Source: Eledone cirrhosa (taxonomy: Eukaryota). From it: DNA of 64,000 bases. Of this stretch, positions 61,904-64,000 are shown piece by piece. The first letter of the stretch is position 1; each line of letters starts with the position of its first letter. The DNA lies in contig OZ024743.1 in the NCBI GenBank assembly GCA_964016885.1, positions 25,048,001 through 25,112,000 on the forward strand. The letters are read 5' to 3'. Made by a program: the position numbers and the translations under genes. The notes beneath the pieces are model-generated. The model was not told where the DNA came from, made no database searches, and saw only the letters and a list, made by a program, of their open reading frames with translations.

Positions 61904-63430
61904 GTGAGGTATTTTTACAAAATGAAAAATAACCGAGGTGTCCTACACGAGTGAAAGTAAAAAGAAAAAAAGATGAAATCGAAAATGCAACTGAAGTCTT
62001 ATTTAAACAAATATATATATTTATTTGGTTCCTTTACCGGTTTCGCAGTTCTTCTGCTTTTCAAAAGTAGAATTGAGATGGAGGGTCTTATTTTAAAAAT
62101 AAGACTGCAGTTGCATTTTCGATTTCATCTTTTTTTCTTTATATATATAAATATACATGTATATAAATATATATATAAATATACATATATATAAATATAC
62201 ATGTATAAAAATATATATATAAATATACATATATATAAATATACATGTATATAAATATTGTAATTGTTTTTGAATCCCGCCATAATTAAAATCACAAATA
62301 TGGTAGGATAATAGAAACAGTACTAAACCTTTAACTTATTTCAATATTTCTGATTTACAATCTTTTTTTGAGAGATTAAATCACAAGCTGGAAGTATTTT
62401 GCAGTTATAATTAATGCATTAACCTTTACTTTTATAGTTCTTTTCCTTTCACTTCTCTCTACTTTGAAATATACTTGCTTTCTTAAGTAGTTTTATAAAT
62501 ATAACATTTTCCTTTACTCATCGAGTGGCACTACATTCAATTGTGTTATTTGATCATATAGAACCTTGTTCTTATTTCAGTATTGTGTTACCGAACTCTA
62601 CATATTGAAGTGTTAATTGAAGGTGTATATCAAAATAAACCCTAATCACTTTTTAAAGACACATAACACCAATCGAAGGAGTTATTGCTCCACTGACACT
62701 ACAATCCCACTAAAACAGAACTAGAAAGAATATATAATTTATACCAAAAAATTTCACGATGACCATTTTTATTAAACCGTACACCATATGAACATTGGTT
62801 TAAAGACATTCATATTAAACAAAATAAACGTTATTTATGTTTGATACATTACTCTACTTAACATATACAGTCCTATAATTGCTCAAACAATAGTAAAAAG
62901 CTCTAACACTTATTTAATGGGATTAGATATACTTTATTACTGCACTATTAATTATTACTGTACTATTAATTAAAGTAATAATACTTTAATTCTGATTTTC
63001 AGATCATGCTCTTTTATGCATTTTAGGTACAATTGCTCATTGTGGACATAATTTAGGTAATATTTCATTGTAGATATAGAAACTAGTCAGATTGAGATGG
63101 AACCTGTGGGGCAAACAAATATTTTACACTTTACAGTAAGGCTAAATGTTATTTAAAAAGTATCACATTCATTTGAAGTTACAAAGAGAAAATATTTATA
63201 TGTATATATGTATATATGTATGTTACATATATATATATAAATATATGATATATGACCTATTAACCTAAGTATATATAAATATATATAAATGTGCATGTTA
63301 TATATATATACATATATATATATACATATATACACACACATATATATATATATATATACATATATACACATATATATATACATACATACATATATACACA
63401 CACACATATATATATATGTGTGTGTGTGTG

Positions 63431-63496
<66 letters not shown>

Positions 63497-64000
63497 GTAA
63501 AATATTGAACGGGAACAAAACAGAGAGGCAGTACGAACAAAGGTTTATTAGTTTCACGCTCTTGAGAGTGGGGTGGTGGTGGGGAACGACGTTTCGGGCA
63601 TAAGCCCTTCTTCAGGTGAAAAGTGTGTGGGAAGAGAGTTCTAAGGGTGTGTAGGGGAGTGGTGGAGAGACATATAGAAAAAAGGGGGTGAGAGGAAACG
63701 GTACAAATGAAATTAAATATAAAAGCATAATAAAAAAAATAATGAGAACTATGTTTGTAAGTTATGTAAATTTTTCCCAATTTGTGTTTAATGATTTATC
63801 TACGAACAAAATATTCATTACTAGCACATTTTAAAGTATTGATTTCTTAATTAAGCCTGAAACAGCATGCACGTAGATTAAATTACTAAATTGGCGAAGA
63901 AATTTAAAGAAAAAAAAATAGTAATTATTTAAAGTGTGAAAAATGTAAAAATATTTTGTTTCTTATAATATTAGTTTGTTGTTCACGTACTATATGTGAG

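Overview
Eukaryotic (animal) genomic DNA that is very AT-rich and saturated with (TA)n, (CA)n, (TATG)n and (GA)n microsatellites. The SINE types and repeat style suggest a cephalopod such as Octopus (inference). Almost all short ORFs in the track are microsatellite translations. The one credible gene segment is a ~4-kb single exon (23041-27004, +) built from triplet-repeat homopolymers. It carries an eh1/Groucho-binding motif (FLISDIL) and ends at a canonical AAG|GTGAGT donor, so it is probably the first coding exon of an NK/Bar-class homeobox repressor whose homeodomain is not in the window. The rest is interspersed repeats: tRNA-derived SINEs, decayed RTE, CR1-like and RLE-type LINE pieces, and a MITE. 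The main hidden signal is about a dozen unrelated short (130-900 bp) non-coding element families sitting inside (TA)n tracts. They are often head-to-head fold-backs, and most carry type I hammerhead ribozyme (HHR) motifs: stem I, CUGANGA, stem II, GAAA, a usually palindromic stem III, then NUH. Several families carry non-canonical cores (U3:A8, U4A, A9U). This looks like a dense, diverse population of Penelope-like element ends or retrozymes. All structures were paired by eye and no activity is shown.
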